DNA of 64,000 nucleotides from Octopus sinensis (Eukaryota). Position 1 is the stretch's first letter; each line of letters starts with the position of its first letter. Positions 25,291 to 38,500 of the stretch are shown in pieces. Below the pieces are notes generated by a model. The model did not search any database. It saw only the letters and a list, made by a program, of their open reading frames with translations, and had not been told where the DNA came from. A program made the translations under genes and the position numbers. The stretch lies in assembly GCF_006345805.1 (NCBI RefSeq), contig NC_042997.1, forward strand, positions 110,546,001-110,610,000, read 5' to 3'.

Positions 25291-27467
25291 CGTGCATGTG
25301 CGTGTGTGCGCGCATGTGTGTACTCTCACACACACACACATATATATATTCATGAACTGTGGCACTCTGTTAGTTATGACGATGAGGGTTCCAGTTGATC
25401 CGATCAACAGAATAGCCTGCTTGTGAAATTAATGTGCAAGTGGCTGAGCACTCCACAGACACATGTACCCTTAACGTAGTTCTCGGGAAGATTCAGCATG
25501 ACACAGAATGTGACAAGGCTTGGCCCTTTGAAATACAGGTACAACAGAAACAGGAAGAAAGAGTGAGAGAAAGTTATGGTGAAAGAGTACAGCAGGGTTC
25601 GCCACCATCCCCTGACAGAGCTTTGTGGAGCTTTAGATCTTTTTGCTCAATAAACACTTACAACCATGATCCTATGACCAAGAGTCTGCTGCCCTAACCA
25701 CTGGGCCATTGCGCCTCCACCATATTCATGATAATATAAGTAATGTTTATCACTACCTAAACACAGGTGTTCTATAAGAACAGACAATACAGTTATTTTA
25801 ACCCCAGGAGGACACCTCCTCTAGCTGGTTGTTCAGTGTGCTTCACACTTGATATATATTGCAGCTATATATTCGAGCTATCGAGACCATCAGACTCTGT
25901 GGTTTCGACCTTATTATGCTTGCTGCAAAGTCAGTGAGTGTGTATCACTTATTTTCTATAAATAGCAAACTGGGGGTGAACTACTGCTATGTCTAGCAGA
26001 TGAGTCTCGATCACTGAGGATGACCATAATAAGGTCAAAACCACGAGGTTTGGTGATCTTCATAGCTGGAATAGTAGGGAGTTCTCTCCCCGCTTGCATT
26101 ATTGATTGAGTGCAAAACACAGAATAACCAGCTGGAGGAGGCATCCTCCTGGGGTTAAAGTAGCAGTATTGTCTGTTCCTCAAGAACACCCATGTTCAGA
26201 TGGTGATAAACATTACTTCTCAGTATAGATATGGCTTTCATCTCTTATAGAGATCTTAACGAGAATATATAAGTAATTATGAATTTATATCAATGTATAT
26301 ACTCATCTGTATACATATATATGTATGTATGATATATATGAGGTCTAATCATTAAGGATCCGAACTGTTGCCAGAGTAACGAAGTTAAAGCACGCAGAGT
26401 GAAGAAGCTGCTTGGCACAGATTGACCTTGAACTCTGTTGTGCATGCGCTCACTTCCACTGTTTACAGCAGTGCTTGGAAGGAAGGTGTGTAGCCTGTGA
26501 TCGTTGCATTGACCATGACAGAAAGTTGAGCTGAGAATCTGCATCAAATTTTGCTGAAAGCTTGGCGATACCTGCTCATGTATGTAAGCATGTGCATACA
26601 TACACACATACATGTTATGTATGTAAATACACACATGTATAATGCTGGACACCTGGTCATGGTGAACTTGGGTGGCGGAACTGCTGGTGTCTTGGATAAA
26701 ACGCTTAGCAGCATTTCATCTGGTTCTAAGTTCTCAGTTCAAATTCTAGTGAGGCTGGCTTTGCCTTTCATCCTTTTTGGGTCAAAAGGATAACATCAGT
26801 TGAGTATTGGTGTCGATGTAATGAACTTACCCACAACTCTTATATTTGCTGACCCCTGTGCAAAGGCATCAAGCTGGCAGAATGGTCAAGCACGCCGAGC
26901 AAAATGCTGAGTGGCATTTCGTTTGCCACTACATTCTGAGTTCAAATCCCACCAAGGTTGTCTTTGCCTTTCATCCATTCAGGGTCAATAAATTAAGTAC
27001 CAGTGAAACACTGGGGTCGATGTAATCAACTAATCCCCTCCCCTGTATTTCAGGCCTTGTACCTCAGTAGAAAGGATTATTATTATTATTATTATTATTA
27101 TAAAAGTGGTGAGGAAGCAGAATTGTTAGCACTCAAGACATATTTAGCAACATTTTCTCCAATTTCCCATTCTGAGTTCAAATCTCACCAAGGTTGATTT
27201 TTGCCCTTCATCCTTTCAAGGTTGATAAAGTAAGCACCAGTCACACATTGGGGGCAATGTCATTGATTAGCCCTCTCCCTCAAAATTGCAGGCCTTGTGC
27301 CCATAGTAGAAAGAATTATTATAATTATCATGTAACTTACCTAGTGGATCCTCTCGCCCTTTGACGTCAGGGATAGTAAAGACTCCAGCAATTTCATGGC
27401 CGGATTTACGTAACAAGTTATAGACCTCAGCGCCAAAAACACTCTGTCCTATAATGGCAATTCTCAT
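199..27467 (-). CDS. ALDH1L1: 10-formyltetrahydrofolate dehydrogenase (ALDH1L1/ALDH1L2 co-ortholog), multi-exon, 3'-partial; exons 27341-27467, 23810-24044, 9125-9290, 7364-7465, 6724-6813, 2976-3110, 1489-1617, 199-284
   Basis: Manually spliced exons (127+235+166+102+90+135+129+86 nt) keep one frame with GT-AG boundaries: [12 protein letters not shown]...[17 protein letters not shown]...WADDGLDTG...[24 protein letters not shown]...[14 protein letters not shown]. Catalytic His106 and Asp142 fall at the same residue numbers as in mammalian FDH. The phosphopantetheinylated Ser motif is present (Ser352). The ALDH domain lies outside the window. Confidence 0.97.
1489..1617 (-). CDS. ALDH1L1: ALDH1L exon (129 nt) [20 protein letters not shown]...ESNLK
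   Basis: cttttccag acceptor, AAG|GTAAAG donor; matches the QLEDGKMILAS and LELTEAE segments. Confidence 0.92.
2139..2816 (-). mobile_element. Non-autonomous Helitron-like element with an internal partial duplication (period about 360 bp)
   Basis: Minus strand begins A|TC at 2816 and ends CCGGGTACCTCAG-CTAG|T at 2139; the ATTACCATTAAT...CTGTTTAT block occurs at about 2162 and 2524. Confidence 0.65.
2976..3110 (-). CDS. ALDH1L1: ALDH1L exon (135 nt) [10 protein letters not shown]...[11 protein letters not shown]
   Basis: tatttacag acceptor, ATG|GTAAGC donor; LILFGNDDKM-like motif. Confidence 0.94.
6324..6571. repeat. 31-bp minisatellite, 8 copies (GATCCCTCCCCGATGCCGTAAGTCTTCTAGC)
   Basis: Unit starts at 6324, 6355, 6386, 6417, 6448, 6479, 6510, 6541. 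Confidence 0.95.
6724..6813 (-). CDS. ALDH1L1: ALDH1L exon (90 nt) [30 protein letters not shown]
   Basis: ctatttcag acceptor, CAG|GTAGGT donor; near-identical to [27 protein letters not shown]. Not in the supplied ORF track. Confidence 0.96.
7364..7465 (-). CDS. ALDH1L1: ALDH1L exon (102 nt) [34 protein letters not shown]
   Basis: ttttcttag acceptor, AAA|GTAAGA donor; matches the AVRLIAEGKAPRLPQPEEGATYE segment of FDH. Not in the supplied ORF track. Confidence 0.93.
9125..9290 (-). CDS. ALDH1L1: ALDH1L exon (166 nt) [23 protein letters not shown]...FPEGIKAM
   Basis: tcttttgtag acceptor, ATG|GTAAAT donor; contains Asp142 (GLDTG). Confidence 0.97.
12443..15290 (-). mobile_element. Older LTR-less Gypsy pol fragment (PR-RT-RH-IN) of a family related to the 48.9-58.8 kb element, in an ALDH1L intron
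   Basis: ORF fragments with [14 protein letters not shown]...[36 protein letters not shown]; colinear with 55090-57945; frameshifts; no LTRs seen. Confidence 0.95.
18900..20210 (+). mobile_element. Degenerate RTE-clade LINE 3' fragment
   Basis: [32 protein letters not shown]-terminal [17 protein letters not shown] zinc finger; (GAT)n-like tail. Confidence 0.88.
21119..23295 (-). mobile_element. Non-autonomous Helitron carrying an internal satellite
   Basis: On the minus strand begins A|TC at 23295 and ends CTAG|T at 21119, with a subterminal hairpin GACCCG-gcaaaga-CGGGTC. Confidence 0.75.
21160..22760. repeat. AT-rich minisatellite, core ATGTGTACATATTACATCTATACATCT plus variable (TA)n, unit roughly 35-45 bp
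   Basis: Dozens of tandem units visible by eye. Confidence 0.95.
23810..24044 (-). CDS. ALDH1L1: ALDH1L exon (235 nt) [13 protein letters not shown]...[17 protein letters not shown]
   Basis: ttttgcag acceptor, TG|GTCAGT donor; contains catalytic His106 (YHPS). Confidence 0.97.
24440..24880 (-). mobile_element. Tigger/pogo-like transposase N-terminal fragment (CENP-B HTH)
   Basis: Degenerate translation [24 protein letters not shown]...STVLTK and [24 protein letters not shown]. Confidence 0.7.
25370..25720 (+). mobile_element. Dispersed SINE-like repeat (family D; copies at about 11610-11900, 17735-17830, 59230-59480)
   Basis: Recurring GTGCAAGTGGCTGAGCACTCCACAGACACATGTACCCTTAACGTAGTTCTC...GATTCAGC sequence. 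Confidence 0.75.
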
Positions 27468-27477
27468 GCTGCTAAGT
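27341..27477 (-). CDS. ALDH1L1: ALDH1L exon containing the internal ATG (27467): [42 protein letters not shown]
   Basis: Acceptor ttttttccag ends at 27478; donor G|GTAAGT at 27340; 127 coding nt from the ATG; formyltransferase N-terminal motif. Confidence 0.96.
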
Positions 27478-27889
27478 CTGGAAAAAAGAAAAACATCAGA
27501 TCAACAAGGAATGGCACTCAAAGGATGGCACTGATTAAGAGAGAGCTTCATAATCCGTTCCATTGATAGAAGTATATCATAAAGAATGAATCGGGTTTGT
27601 CTTTAAAGAACTGCAAAAGGCTTTAGGGTTGATTTGACCAAATGATGAACAACCACAAATCATCACTTAAGACCTACACCAATTTGTTGGTGACATGTAT
27701 GGCACAGTAAACACACACACTCACATGGAGGTTGGAATATCTTCTTAGCTGATAGGAATAGATTGATGCCAACAAGAAATGACCAATTAGACTGCTATCT
27801 AGATAATATCGTGTGTAGAAGATGGGATAACACAGTGGAGTTATGAGTTGGATCTTCAGTGACTGGGATGAAGAACAGTGGTAGGCTAC

Positions 27890-28205
27890 TGATATAGACT
27901 CAAAATATCTTGTGGAAGCATTATCCAACCAAAGTACAAATATATGGGAAATTACCACCTGTATCATCTCTTGTGAAAGGTAGAAGAGTCCAGTTCACTG
28001 GACATTGTTGTAGAGCTGAAAACGAGGTAATTTCTACTCTTTTCCTCTGGAAGCTATCTGCTCGCAATACTAGAGGGTGCACACTCTCCTACCCTGATGT
28101 AATCTCCAGGGATACAGGCATCCAGCAATGCTATGATGGACCATGAGGTCTGGCGTAACATAGTAAATTCCATTGTCTTGACCACAGTCGAACAATGATG
28201 ATGAA
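27890..28205 (+). mobile_element. RTE-like LINE 3' fragment (sister of 46040-46480)
   Basis: HYPTKVQIYGKLPPVSSLVKGRRVQFTGHC; ends GAACAATGATGATGA. Confidence 0.8.
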
Positions 28206-29699
28206 CACAATGCATGTCATGTATTAATGTCTGAGTTCTTCTGTAGCTCAGGGAACCTCATAGCTGAGACTCCTCCTCCTACATTCCAAGAAACCTCCAT
28301 TCATACCCTCCCCCAGTTCCTGTCCTGCATTGTTAACAATGTCAGGCAAGGGAGGTAACTCCCTATCTATAACACCCATAGCGCATTTCAGAATATCACA
28401 AAGGCTATTTTGTAATTTCCATTCATCCATTTTCTCTGCCAACTATTTCTGGGAGGAACTTGGCGATAAAGTTCTCAGGCTCCTCCACATAGGGTCCTAT
28501 CAGAAACAACCATTGCTACACTTTCCTGCTGGATTCCCAAGCATTGCCGACTAAAATTACGAATATTTATCCAACCATCTCATACTTGTCTACCCCTAGG
28601 TTTTCAGCCGGTTGACTCAGCTTGAAGAATGAAGAATTTGTTTTGCGATTCTCCCTGTGACATTCTAATTCCAGGTCCATATTACTAAATCTAGGATCTT
28701 TCAATGCAGAGAAGAAGTTGTAGCTCAACCTGGAAAGACATCCTGATCTCTGAGCTATGCACCCTGTCAAGTAACATTACCCCAGAGAGCCTTCAAAGGA
28801 CCCCCATTTTAACTGCTTCTATTCACAATCATACGCTTTCAGTTATTACCCAACATTTATTTGTTGCCACCATCACCTTATTGGCACATGTGCCGATGGC
28901 ACATGAAAAACAACATTCAAGCATGGTCGTTGCCAGTGCCGCCGGACTGGCCCTGTGCAGGTAGCACATAAAAAACACCTTTTGAGCATAGACGTTACCA
29001 GAACCACCTGACTGGCCCTTGTGCCGGTGGCATGTAAAAGCACCCACTACATTCTCGGAGTGGTTGGCATTAGGAAGGGCATCCAGCTGTATAAACTTTG
29101 CCAGATGAGACTGAAGCCTGGTGCAGCCATCTGGCTCACCAGTCCTCAGTGGAACCGTCCAACCCATGCCAGCATGGAAAGCAGAGGTTAAACAACAATG
29201 ACGATGATGATGATGATGATTCATGACTTGAAGTGAAGATAATGATTTTGGCATTTTTACCAATTTCTCCTCTTCTAAGAATCAAATGCTGAAGCTGGCA
29301 CTTTACTTTTCTAGCATCTGCAACTCCAGCATCCGATTCAGCCTCTTGTCTTCCATCATCATCATCATTTAACGTCCGCTTTCCATGCTAGCATGGGTTG
29401 GATGATTTGACTGAGGTCTAGCAAACCAGACTCCAATCTGATCTGGCAGAGTTTCTACAGCTGGATGCCCTTCCTAACGCCAACCACTCAGAGTGTAGTG
29501 GGTGCTTTTACATGCCACCGGCACGAGAGGCCAGTTTGGTGGTACTGGCAATGGCCACGCTCAAATGGTGCTTTTTACGTGCCACCTGCACAGGAGCCAA
29601 TCCAGCGGCACTGGCAACGACCTCGCTCGAATGTTTCACATATCACTTGTGAATATGAGCCCAAGATATGCAAATTCCACTTGTCTCAATAATGTTCTC

Positions 29700-29880
29700 C
29701 TAACAAGCAAAGTGGACTGGGACGAGTTCTTTGAAAGAACCAATGTTTTCAGTCTTTGCAATCCTAATTCTCATCCCTGCCCTGCAGCACTCGGCAGTGA
29801 ACCCATTCAATGCAACCTGGAGATCACCTTCCGATGAACCAAGTAGCGCCATGTCGTCTACAAATACCATTTCAAACACA
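29700..29880 (-). mobile_element. LINE reverse-transcriptase fragment
   Basis: VFVDDMALLGSSEGDLQVALNGFTAECCRAGMRI.IAKTE matches the FADD region of RTE-type RT. Confidence 0.7.
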
Positions 29881-30937
29881 TTAACAGACCAACACATAAC
29901 AACTTGTAGCCCCCACACACGACTTGGTTGCCTCCGCTTCTTCCTCTTCTACCACCACTACTACAACAGTCACTGCTCTTCAAGACAAATTGGCTGCCAC
30001 ACCAATTCCACCTCTGTTCACCTGTCTCTCCTCCCCTTCCTCCTCCTCCCACCACCTTTACTATGTCTCACTGTCAAGTCCATCTTCCCCAGTACTGCAG
30101 TCCTCTGGAACCACCACCACCATCACTGCATACATTGGCCTATAAAAGTCTGAGTTAAATGTCAACCATCTCAATTTGGGATGTCCTCACAAAGGTCATG
30201 GCTGGAAACCTTTCTCCTTTCTGGAATTAACGAAACATTTTATTTTAGCTGAAACCAAATCTTGTCACCACAATGTACATACAGCATGGCCAGCACTGGT
30301 GTTCACACACACACATATGTATACGTGCATAGATATACACATACATACATAAATACAAATACATGCACATATACACACGTATATGACTGTAGAGATAGAT
30401 GGGCAGATATACATACACACACAGATACTTACACATAAATGCATGCATAAATACACATACATGCATACACACATATACACGTACATAAACACATAGAAGC
30501 ACACAAATATATACATATATCCACACCTGAATACATACGTATGTACACACACATATATACACATGCTGTTGGTTTGATCAGAACGTACATGCTTGAAGTA
30601 AAAACATCAGAATCACAATAAATCATCTCATTCTTAATTCCAGACAATAATGATGATGATGGTTGTTATTTAGCTCCAGATTATTTCTGCTTGAGCAGAC
30701 ATATAATTAAAGACTAACGCGACACCATCACTTTCTTCAATTCAATCTATGGCACTCACTCACTCTCATACACTCATATAGTACTTATCTAGCAATCTAT
30801 ATCAACCCATTTCTCCCAGTCTACACATCTCAAAAAAAAAACCTACCTACTTACATCCCTATCTTTCAACACCCACCCACCTGTCTCTTAGCCTGGACAT
30901 CCATCTACCATTCATATATATATATTATATATATATA

Positions 30938-31330
30938 GGTGCAGGAGTAGCTGTGTGGTAAGTAGCTTGCTTACAAACCACATGGTTCCGGGTTCAGTCC
31001 CACTGGGTGGCACCTAGGGCAAGTGTCTTCTACTATAGCCTCGGGCTGACCAAAGCCTTGTGAGTAGATTTGGTAGACGGAAACTGAAAGAAGCCTGTTG
31101 TATATATGTATATGTATATATATGTATGTGTGTGTGTCTGTGTTCATCCCCCCAACATCACTTGACAACCGATGCTGGTGTATTTACGTCCCCGTAACTT
31201 AGCAGTTTGGCAAAAGAGACTGATAGAATAAGTACTAGGCTTACAAAGAATAAGTCCTAGGGTTGATTTTGCTCGACTAAAAGCGGTGCTACAGCATGGC
31301 CACAGTCAAATTACTGAAACAAGTAAAAGA
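30938..31330 (+). mobile_element. tRNA-derived SINE, full length (family B; other copies at about 40698-41083 minus, 9620-9900, 18700-18860, 33050-33220, 46540-46940, 47755-48030, 63435-63680)
   Basis: A-box-like TAGCTGTGTGG and B-box-like GGTTCAGTCCC head; recurring body and tail ending AAACAAGTAAAAGA. Confidence 0.85.
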
Positions 31331-33890
31331 GTATATATATATATATATATCAAAACAGAAGATTGGAACAATGTTTTGGTATTCTGTATTCACCATTACA
31401 TGTGTTTCATTTGCTAATAGGAGTTACAATATTGTACATATAGCAGGAAGCATGTATAATATTGTATCTCCTATAAGCAAATGAAATGGTGAATAAATAA
31501 TGCCAAAAATTTGTCCACACTCCTGTTTTGGTATTATTTCTATGCAGAAAATATTTCCCAGTATTTTCAATTCTTATGTATTCCTTGCACAAATATAGGC
31601 CTCACCGAGGCAATGACTAGTGACCGAGACCTTTGGAAAGATGCTGTGCTTGAGAAGACTCAGCAAGCCAAATGAGACAATAACCTCATGGCCTATGCCA
31701 GGGGTGTAACCAGCCCACTTATGCATACCTTTCCTTCATTGGACACTAAACTTTGCTTGTGAAGACCTGTTGAGGCAAGTGAAATCGAAATCAAATTCGA
31801 TGACTGGCATCCGTGCTAGTGGAGCGCTAAGAGCACCATCTGAGCGTGATCTTTGCCAGAGCAGCTAACTGGCTTCCTTGTTGGTGGCACGTAAAAAGCA
31901 CCATTTGAGCATGATCGTTACCAATGTCACCTTACTGGCACTTGTGCTGGTGGCACGTGAAAAAACATTTGAGTGAGGTCGTTGCCAGTGCTGCTGGACT
32001 GGCTCCTGTGCAAGTGGCACGTAAAAAACGCCATTTGAGCATGGTTTTTGCTAGTACCACCTGACTGGCCCTCATGCCGGTGGCACATAAAATGCACCCA
32101 CTACACTCTCGGAGTGGTTGGCATTAGGAAGGGCATCCAGCAGTAGAAACTCTGCCAGATCAGATTGGAGCCTGGTGCAGCCATCTGGTTCGCCAGTCCT
32201 CAGTCAAATCATCTAACCCATGCCAGCATGGAAAGCGGAGTCAAACGATGATGATGATATAACATACAGATCTAAGATACTGGAATTAGTAGATGTACTT
32301 CAAGAGGACACACACACACACACAGAGGCAGATAAACTAATCTCAATAAAAACAAACCACTACAAACCATTGATTCCGATAAATATTTTAGCTACTCGTT
32401 TATTATCTTCATTAAAATTCATTAAGTTTTATTGCACTTGTTACTATTGTTGTTGAAGCTGCTGCTGTTGTTGTAGTAAACAAACGAATGATTACAAAAG
32501 GTCGCAATGACCCAGAATTATGTCTTCAGTGACAACTGTTGACAAATTATTTACATAACACATCTCCTTCCTGTCATCCCTGCTACCACTCCACCATTAC
32601 TACCAAGTTCAGGTCAACCCGGAGAAAGCCTATCTCTGATAACAGCCATTCCAAATGTGACCATTCAGCCTTTTCTTTTTCTTCAGTAGTACATAGGACA
32701 CTTTAATCACACCAGGGAAGACAGAACAAATGATGTCCTGTTGTGAAGGTAAAACACATCAGGAGAGATTGGAAAATGGCTGAGGATAAGAACATCCAGC
32801 CTGAGGAAACAATGTCGAGAACTAGAAAACCATGAATGAGAAATGGTAACCTGATTTGTCTTAGAAAAAATTCCTTTTAATTAAGAACTTCCTTAAGGTA
32901 TGACAACCTGTTCAACCCATGCTAACATGCAAAACCAAGCATAAAATAATAATGAGGATGCTTTTGATATAGATTGGTGATGTATCATTTTGATAATGTA
33001 GATATTTGATAAGATTTTAATAACACAGGTGCCAGCACACCTGTGTGGCATAGGTATACAGGTATGGTTGTCTGGTTGAGAAGTTTGCTTCCCAATCACA
33101 CGGTTTCCGGTTCAGTCCCATTGCATGGCACCTTGGGCAAGTGTCTTCTACTATAGCCCTGAGATAACCAAAGCCTTGTGAATGAATTTGGTAGATGGAA
33201 ACTGAAAGAAGCCCCCATCATATATCATCATCATCATCATTATTTAATGTCTGTTTTCTATGCTGGCATGGATTGGGTGGTTTGACAGGAGATGGCAAAC
33301 TGGAGAGCTGCAACATGCTCCAAGTGTCTGTTTTGACAGTTTCTATAGCTGGATGCCCTTCCTAACACCAACAACATTACAGAGTGTACTGGGTGCTTTT
33401 TATGCTTGTGTGTGTGTCTGTCTGTCTCACTCTCCTTGTTTTGAAATCACATGACAGTTATCAACAAGTGTCACATCACAAGTAGTAGCTTTCGTTTCTA
33501 ATAGTCTACAAAACCACATCTAGTCACAGAGAAATTATCTCGCTTGGAAACAAGTGAGGGTTGGCAACAGGAAAGGCATCCAGACATAGAAAAATCTGCC
33601 TTAGCAAACCCCATCCGACTCCTGCAAGCATGGAAAGTGGATTTTATGACAATGAGGATTATGTTAATTACAGTGATTTGCATAATATTGAAGCAATTAT
33701 TTTTTTATTGTATGTATATCCCACCACTAATCACTCAACTGGAAAACTTAATTTACCAGCACAATGACTAGAAATAGCGACCAGAAATAATGACTTCTGA
33801 ATAATGATAAGAGTGGAATGTTGAGACAGAATAAAGCAATAATCTCAACAATATAGACAACATTCACAGAAACAATACAAAGAACTCTTT

Positions 33891-34015
<125 letters not shown>

Positions 34016-34449
34016 ATGTTTCTATATGTAAAAACACATTCTGTGTGTATTTCTATATATATACCTACATGTTGTTGTTGCTGTTTAACCCATTTCAATA
34101 TGATCCGGTAAATCTATGATGAAAGACATTCCATCTTTGATGGTTACATTTATTTTGGCCATAGTGTATCCAGGTGTACATTTGTAAATGTGTCCCTCTT
34201 CTTTCAAGATAGTTGGTTGCCACTTCTTGTAGATCAAGCCACCAAACAAAACTTACTGGAGGCCTTATATACATTCATATGGCTTCCCAACCACATGATT
34301 CTGGGTTCAATCCCACTGCATGGCACCTTGGGCAAGTGTCTTCTACTATAGTCTCAGGCCAACCAAAGCCTTGAGTACTCTAGGGTGTCCAACAAGTCAA
34401 AAATCCCTGATAATTATCCATCATATGTTATTATTCATTTGATGAAATA

Positions 34450-34537
<88 letters not shown>

Positions 34538-34733
34538 TATCATCATCATCAATTAACATGTTTTCTTTGCTGGCAAGGGTTGGACAGCTTGGTAGGGGCT
34601 TGAAAGCTAGAAAGCTGGAGCAGGCTCCAATTGTCTGTTTTGGCATGATGTCTATGGCTCGATACCTTTCCTAATGCCAACCACTTTACAGAGTGGACTG
34701 GATGCTTTTAACATAGCACCACCATATGTGCAC

Positions 34734-34770
<37 letters not shown>

Positions 34771-35486
34771 AAATGACCATGTGTGTATATAAACTTACAT
34801 TTGTTTTTGTTTTTTCCTAGAAGTGCTGAATGTGTATCGTATGATACAAACAAAAAAGTGATATTTCAAACATAATATTGCCGTTAAAACAGCAAAAAAA
34901 TTGGATATTATTAGCCTTATAAGGTGGGAAAAGTTGTCAACAAACAACATATATACACACACACTTCTCCCTGCCCTGCACCCTGGTGAAGAGGATTGAT
35001 TGGCAATAATCCAGTGCTGGTACCATGTAAAAAGCACCCAGTACACACTGTAAAGTGGTTGGCGTTAGGAAGGGCCAACAGCCATAGAAACCAAGCCAAA
35101 TTAGACTGGACCCTGGTGCAGCTCTTCAGCTTTGGTCAAACCGTCAAACCCATACTAGCATGGAAAATGGACATTAGCCCTTTCATTACCAATCCGGCTG
35201 AAACTGGCTCTGGCTCTGAAGGAGAAATGTCTTGTTTTCATAAGTTTTGAATTAAAATCTTCCACCAAACCTTGGTCACAATTTATGCTCCTAACACTAG
35301 TTTAATGATAACTAAGTTATTTTACTACATTCTGCCAGAACCGCCCTGACTGGCTCCCATGCCAGTGGTATGTAAAAAGTACCATCCAATCCTGGTTGAT
35401 GCCAGCCCCCTCTGGCCCCTGTGCCACTGGCACATAAAAAAAGCACCTACTACACTTCCTCATGCCAACCACTCCAAGAGTGTATG

Positions 35487-35544
<58 letters not shown>

Positions 35545-38500
35545 AATATAAGATCCAGGGATTGAGGTGTAGGAAGAAAGTTAGCTTCAAGCAAATCATA
35601 GTAAATATTAAAAAATCTTTCAGGAACAATAGAGGTTTAGTGAGATGGAAAGTTGTGATTTTTTCTTATTGAAGTATGATGAGCTGAAAAAAGGTTTTAT
35701 ATTTCATGGTAGGCGACCACGGTTGCCGGGTGTGCAAATAAGAATAGAAGAGTTAAGGAATAGAGTAGATAAGATCTGGGTTACATATGTTTCATAGCGA
35801 GCAGAACCTCGGAAGTGGTAAATATCCAAGCGAGGTGTGTATTGCAGGCTGCTCTTCAGGTAAAAGATATCTTGATTAAATGAAAGTTTTCATTGTCACA
35901 AAGAGATACATGTTGATGCATGGCAGATTCACTCATACACACACACACACACACATTCACATTTACACACATACGCATTCACACACATACAGTTTGTTAA
36001 ATTAGAATCTCTATGATATACTGATCAGACTAATTAGAACCGATATTAATTACTGGTCTAGATGAGTTCTAACTCTGAGCACATGTAAGTGATAGATGAT
36101 AGAATATTTTAATATCCCCACCCCCAAATTAAATAAATAAATAAATAAATAATAAATAAATAAATGTTATATAAAACGTGGTCAGGGGCCAGACTAAACA
36201 TTAGTTACTATTTCTAGTGAGTAAAAGCGACCGCAAAGAGTTTTGATTCTGAGTTTGTCAGCACCATATCTTGCAGTTAGCCCCCGGGTTGGACCCAACT
36301 GAGCAAATCTATGATCAAAGACGTTCCAGCCCTGACCATTTTGCACAGGACAGACATTTTACTGCTTGATAAGTTTTCCCTTTTTTTTTGTTAGAAGGGC
36401 GGGTGTGATTTAAGAGAAATTTCCCTACTATTTCTAGACGGTAGAACGACCATGTAGATGCTCTTTTGATAGTGAGGGCGGAGTTATTGGAAGGTTAAAT
36501 TGTTGGAAAAAGAACAAGACATGTTCTGCAACATCGTAGACACATGCTGTGTTAAGTTCTTAATGGATCCTACACGTTGTTTATACTTGTATAACAAAGG
36601 TGGATATATTTACAGCAAGTGCCTGGCCTTGGTATGTTAATTATGTCACTAAACAACTTCTCAAAGGAGAAACCTCGAAGAGACTATTCGACCTGTTAGA
36701 AATAGCAGCCAGATCTCTCTCAAAGCACACCTTACTGTTGTGATAATTCACTCTTTTGATCATTGGTCCGCACGATCGAAGCTGACCAGCTTCTGTTTAT
36801 TGAGAGCTATTATTAGCAGTTCTACGCAGATACTCAAGCTGGAATAACATTTAACTTGTGTCACTGCGACCGTTATTATATATATATTTTGTTGCTTAAT
36901 TCGGGATTCAGCAGCGAAATAGAGAGAACTGCTAACACACAAACTGTGTTAAACTACCAAAGCTTTGACTACCTTCAGCTTTTCGTGTCTGTCTCAGAAT
37001 AGAGAAGAGAGTAGGGCACTGAGTTATTTATTATATCCTTCCTGTTGTATACATTTGAAAGTCGTTGGTTGGTATACAGTATGTTATTTCAACAATTCAT
37101 TTATAGATTTTATCAGTTGTTTGGCTACGTGGTTCTGGTCTAGAATTATTGTTAAGGGTCGTATTCTATCGTCTTTGATGTTTTAAAGTTGTTGTGTTTC
37201 TGTTACAACCACGAGATACATCAATAAATGAAGGATTAATATATTTATATAATAAATGTAGCTAAACCCTATGGTATCATATATCATATACAAAACACCA
37301 GTCCCAAATGCAAGTGAAACTGTCCGGGTTTTTCCTCAACTCTGCTGGTTCCCAACATATACAAAACTCCACGCAGTTTTCAATGGCTCGTTACCTCATT
37401 TTCGCATACCTTGCTTGTCATTTTGCATTAATATTTATAGGGCGGACCATGACCACCCTCAAGCACCTATTCTTTATCTTCAACGACCAGAAGTCTTCGC
37501 TAGTTAGGAATACCTACCTTCGCTAGTTAGGAACAAGACTCCCAAACAGACAACCGAGTGATGTTCTTTGTACGCGAGTGCGTGTCTAATTGAATATTCA
37601 GCAAAAGTACAACCAACCAACTTACGATGTTCGACTAAAACAACAACAACAAAAAATATGTCGGGTGACTCCGTCTACATCTTCACACTTTTACGTGTGG
37701 GGAGGGAGGGTGTAATAAGTTATCTTCAAAGCAGACAAACTATTCAAGTAAATACCTATTTCTTTACTACCCACAAGGGGCTAAACACAGAGGGGACAAA
37801 CAAGGACAGACAAACGGATTAAGTCGATTACATCGATCCCAGTGCGTAACTGATACTTATTTAATCGAGCCCCCGAAAGGGATGAAAGGCAAAGTCGACC
37901 TCAGCAGAATTTGAACTCAGAACGTAACGGCAGACGAAATACGACTACGCATTTCGTTCGGCGTGCTAACGTTTTTGTCAGCTCGCCGCCTATTCAAGTA
38001 AATATAAATGACGATGTGAAGCTCTGTAAAAATGAGGGCCGAATCTGGCTGCCAGGCTATTTCTTATCAATTCTCACGAGTCAGCAGTTTGTTTAGACTA
38101 GGACAGACACAACAGTTAAATATACATAAATAAATAAATTCGTTGACACTAAACATGATTTTAGTTAATCTAACCGTTAAACAACATATATGCATGCACA
38201 CAACACTTATGCATATTCATGAACAGGAAACAAAACAATGTCGAAGGAAAGAGAATCGGTAAAAATCGCGAGTTTGGATAAGTGGGTATATTATGGAGAG
38301 GACGGACCCAAAGAGCTAAAGAAAGGGTTTCCATATTTTTTAACATATGCTTAAGGAAAAAAAACCCAGAACAATGAATTGCTTGATTTGCTGAAAGCTA
38401 AGACATGAATATAAATTAAATAAATTCCGGGTAATTATTTTATCGACTCCGAGAAGATTGATACCAACAGAATTTGAACTTGGATACATTAGCTTCGCTA

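Noticed and set aside
26005-26058. CUGAGGA-U-GACC/GGUC-AAAAC hammerhead-like motif
   Set aside because: G12 is missing and the cleavage-site nucleotide would be G; too degenerate to call.
28240-28860. Coding-looking stretch with 64-86 aa ORFs
   Set aside because: No recognisable motif or consistent frame; cannot be assigned.
30938-31010. tRNA-like A/B boxes as tRNA genes
   Set aside because: They are SINE heads; no complete cloverleaf, and they continue into repeat bodies.
36965-37030. TCAGT initiator-like motif with a downstream GAAG|GTAGTC donor as an alternative first exon
   Set aside because: The donor lacks +5 G and there is no supporting evidence from sequence alone.
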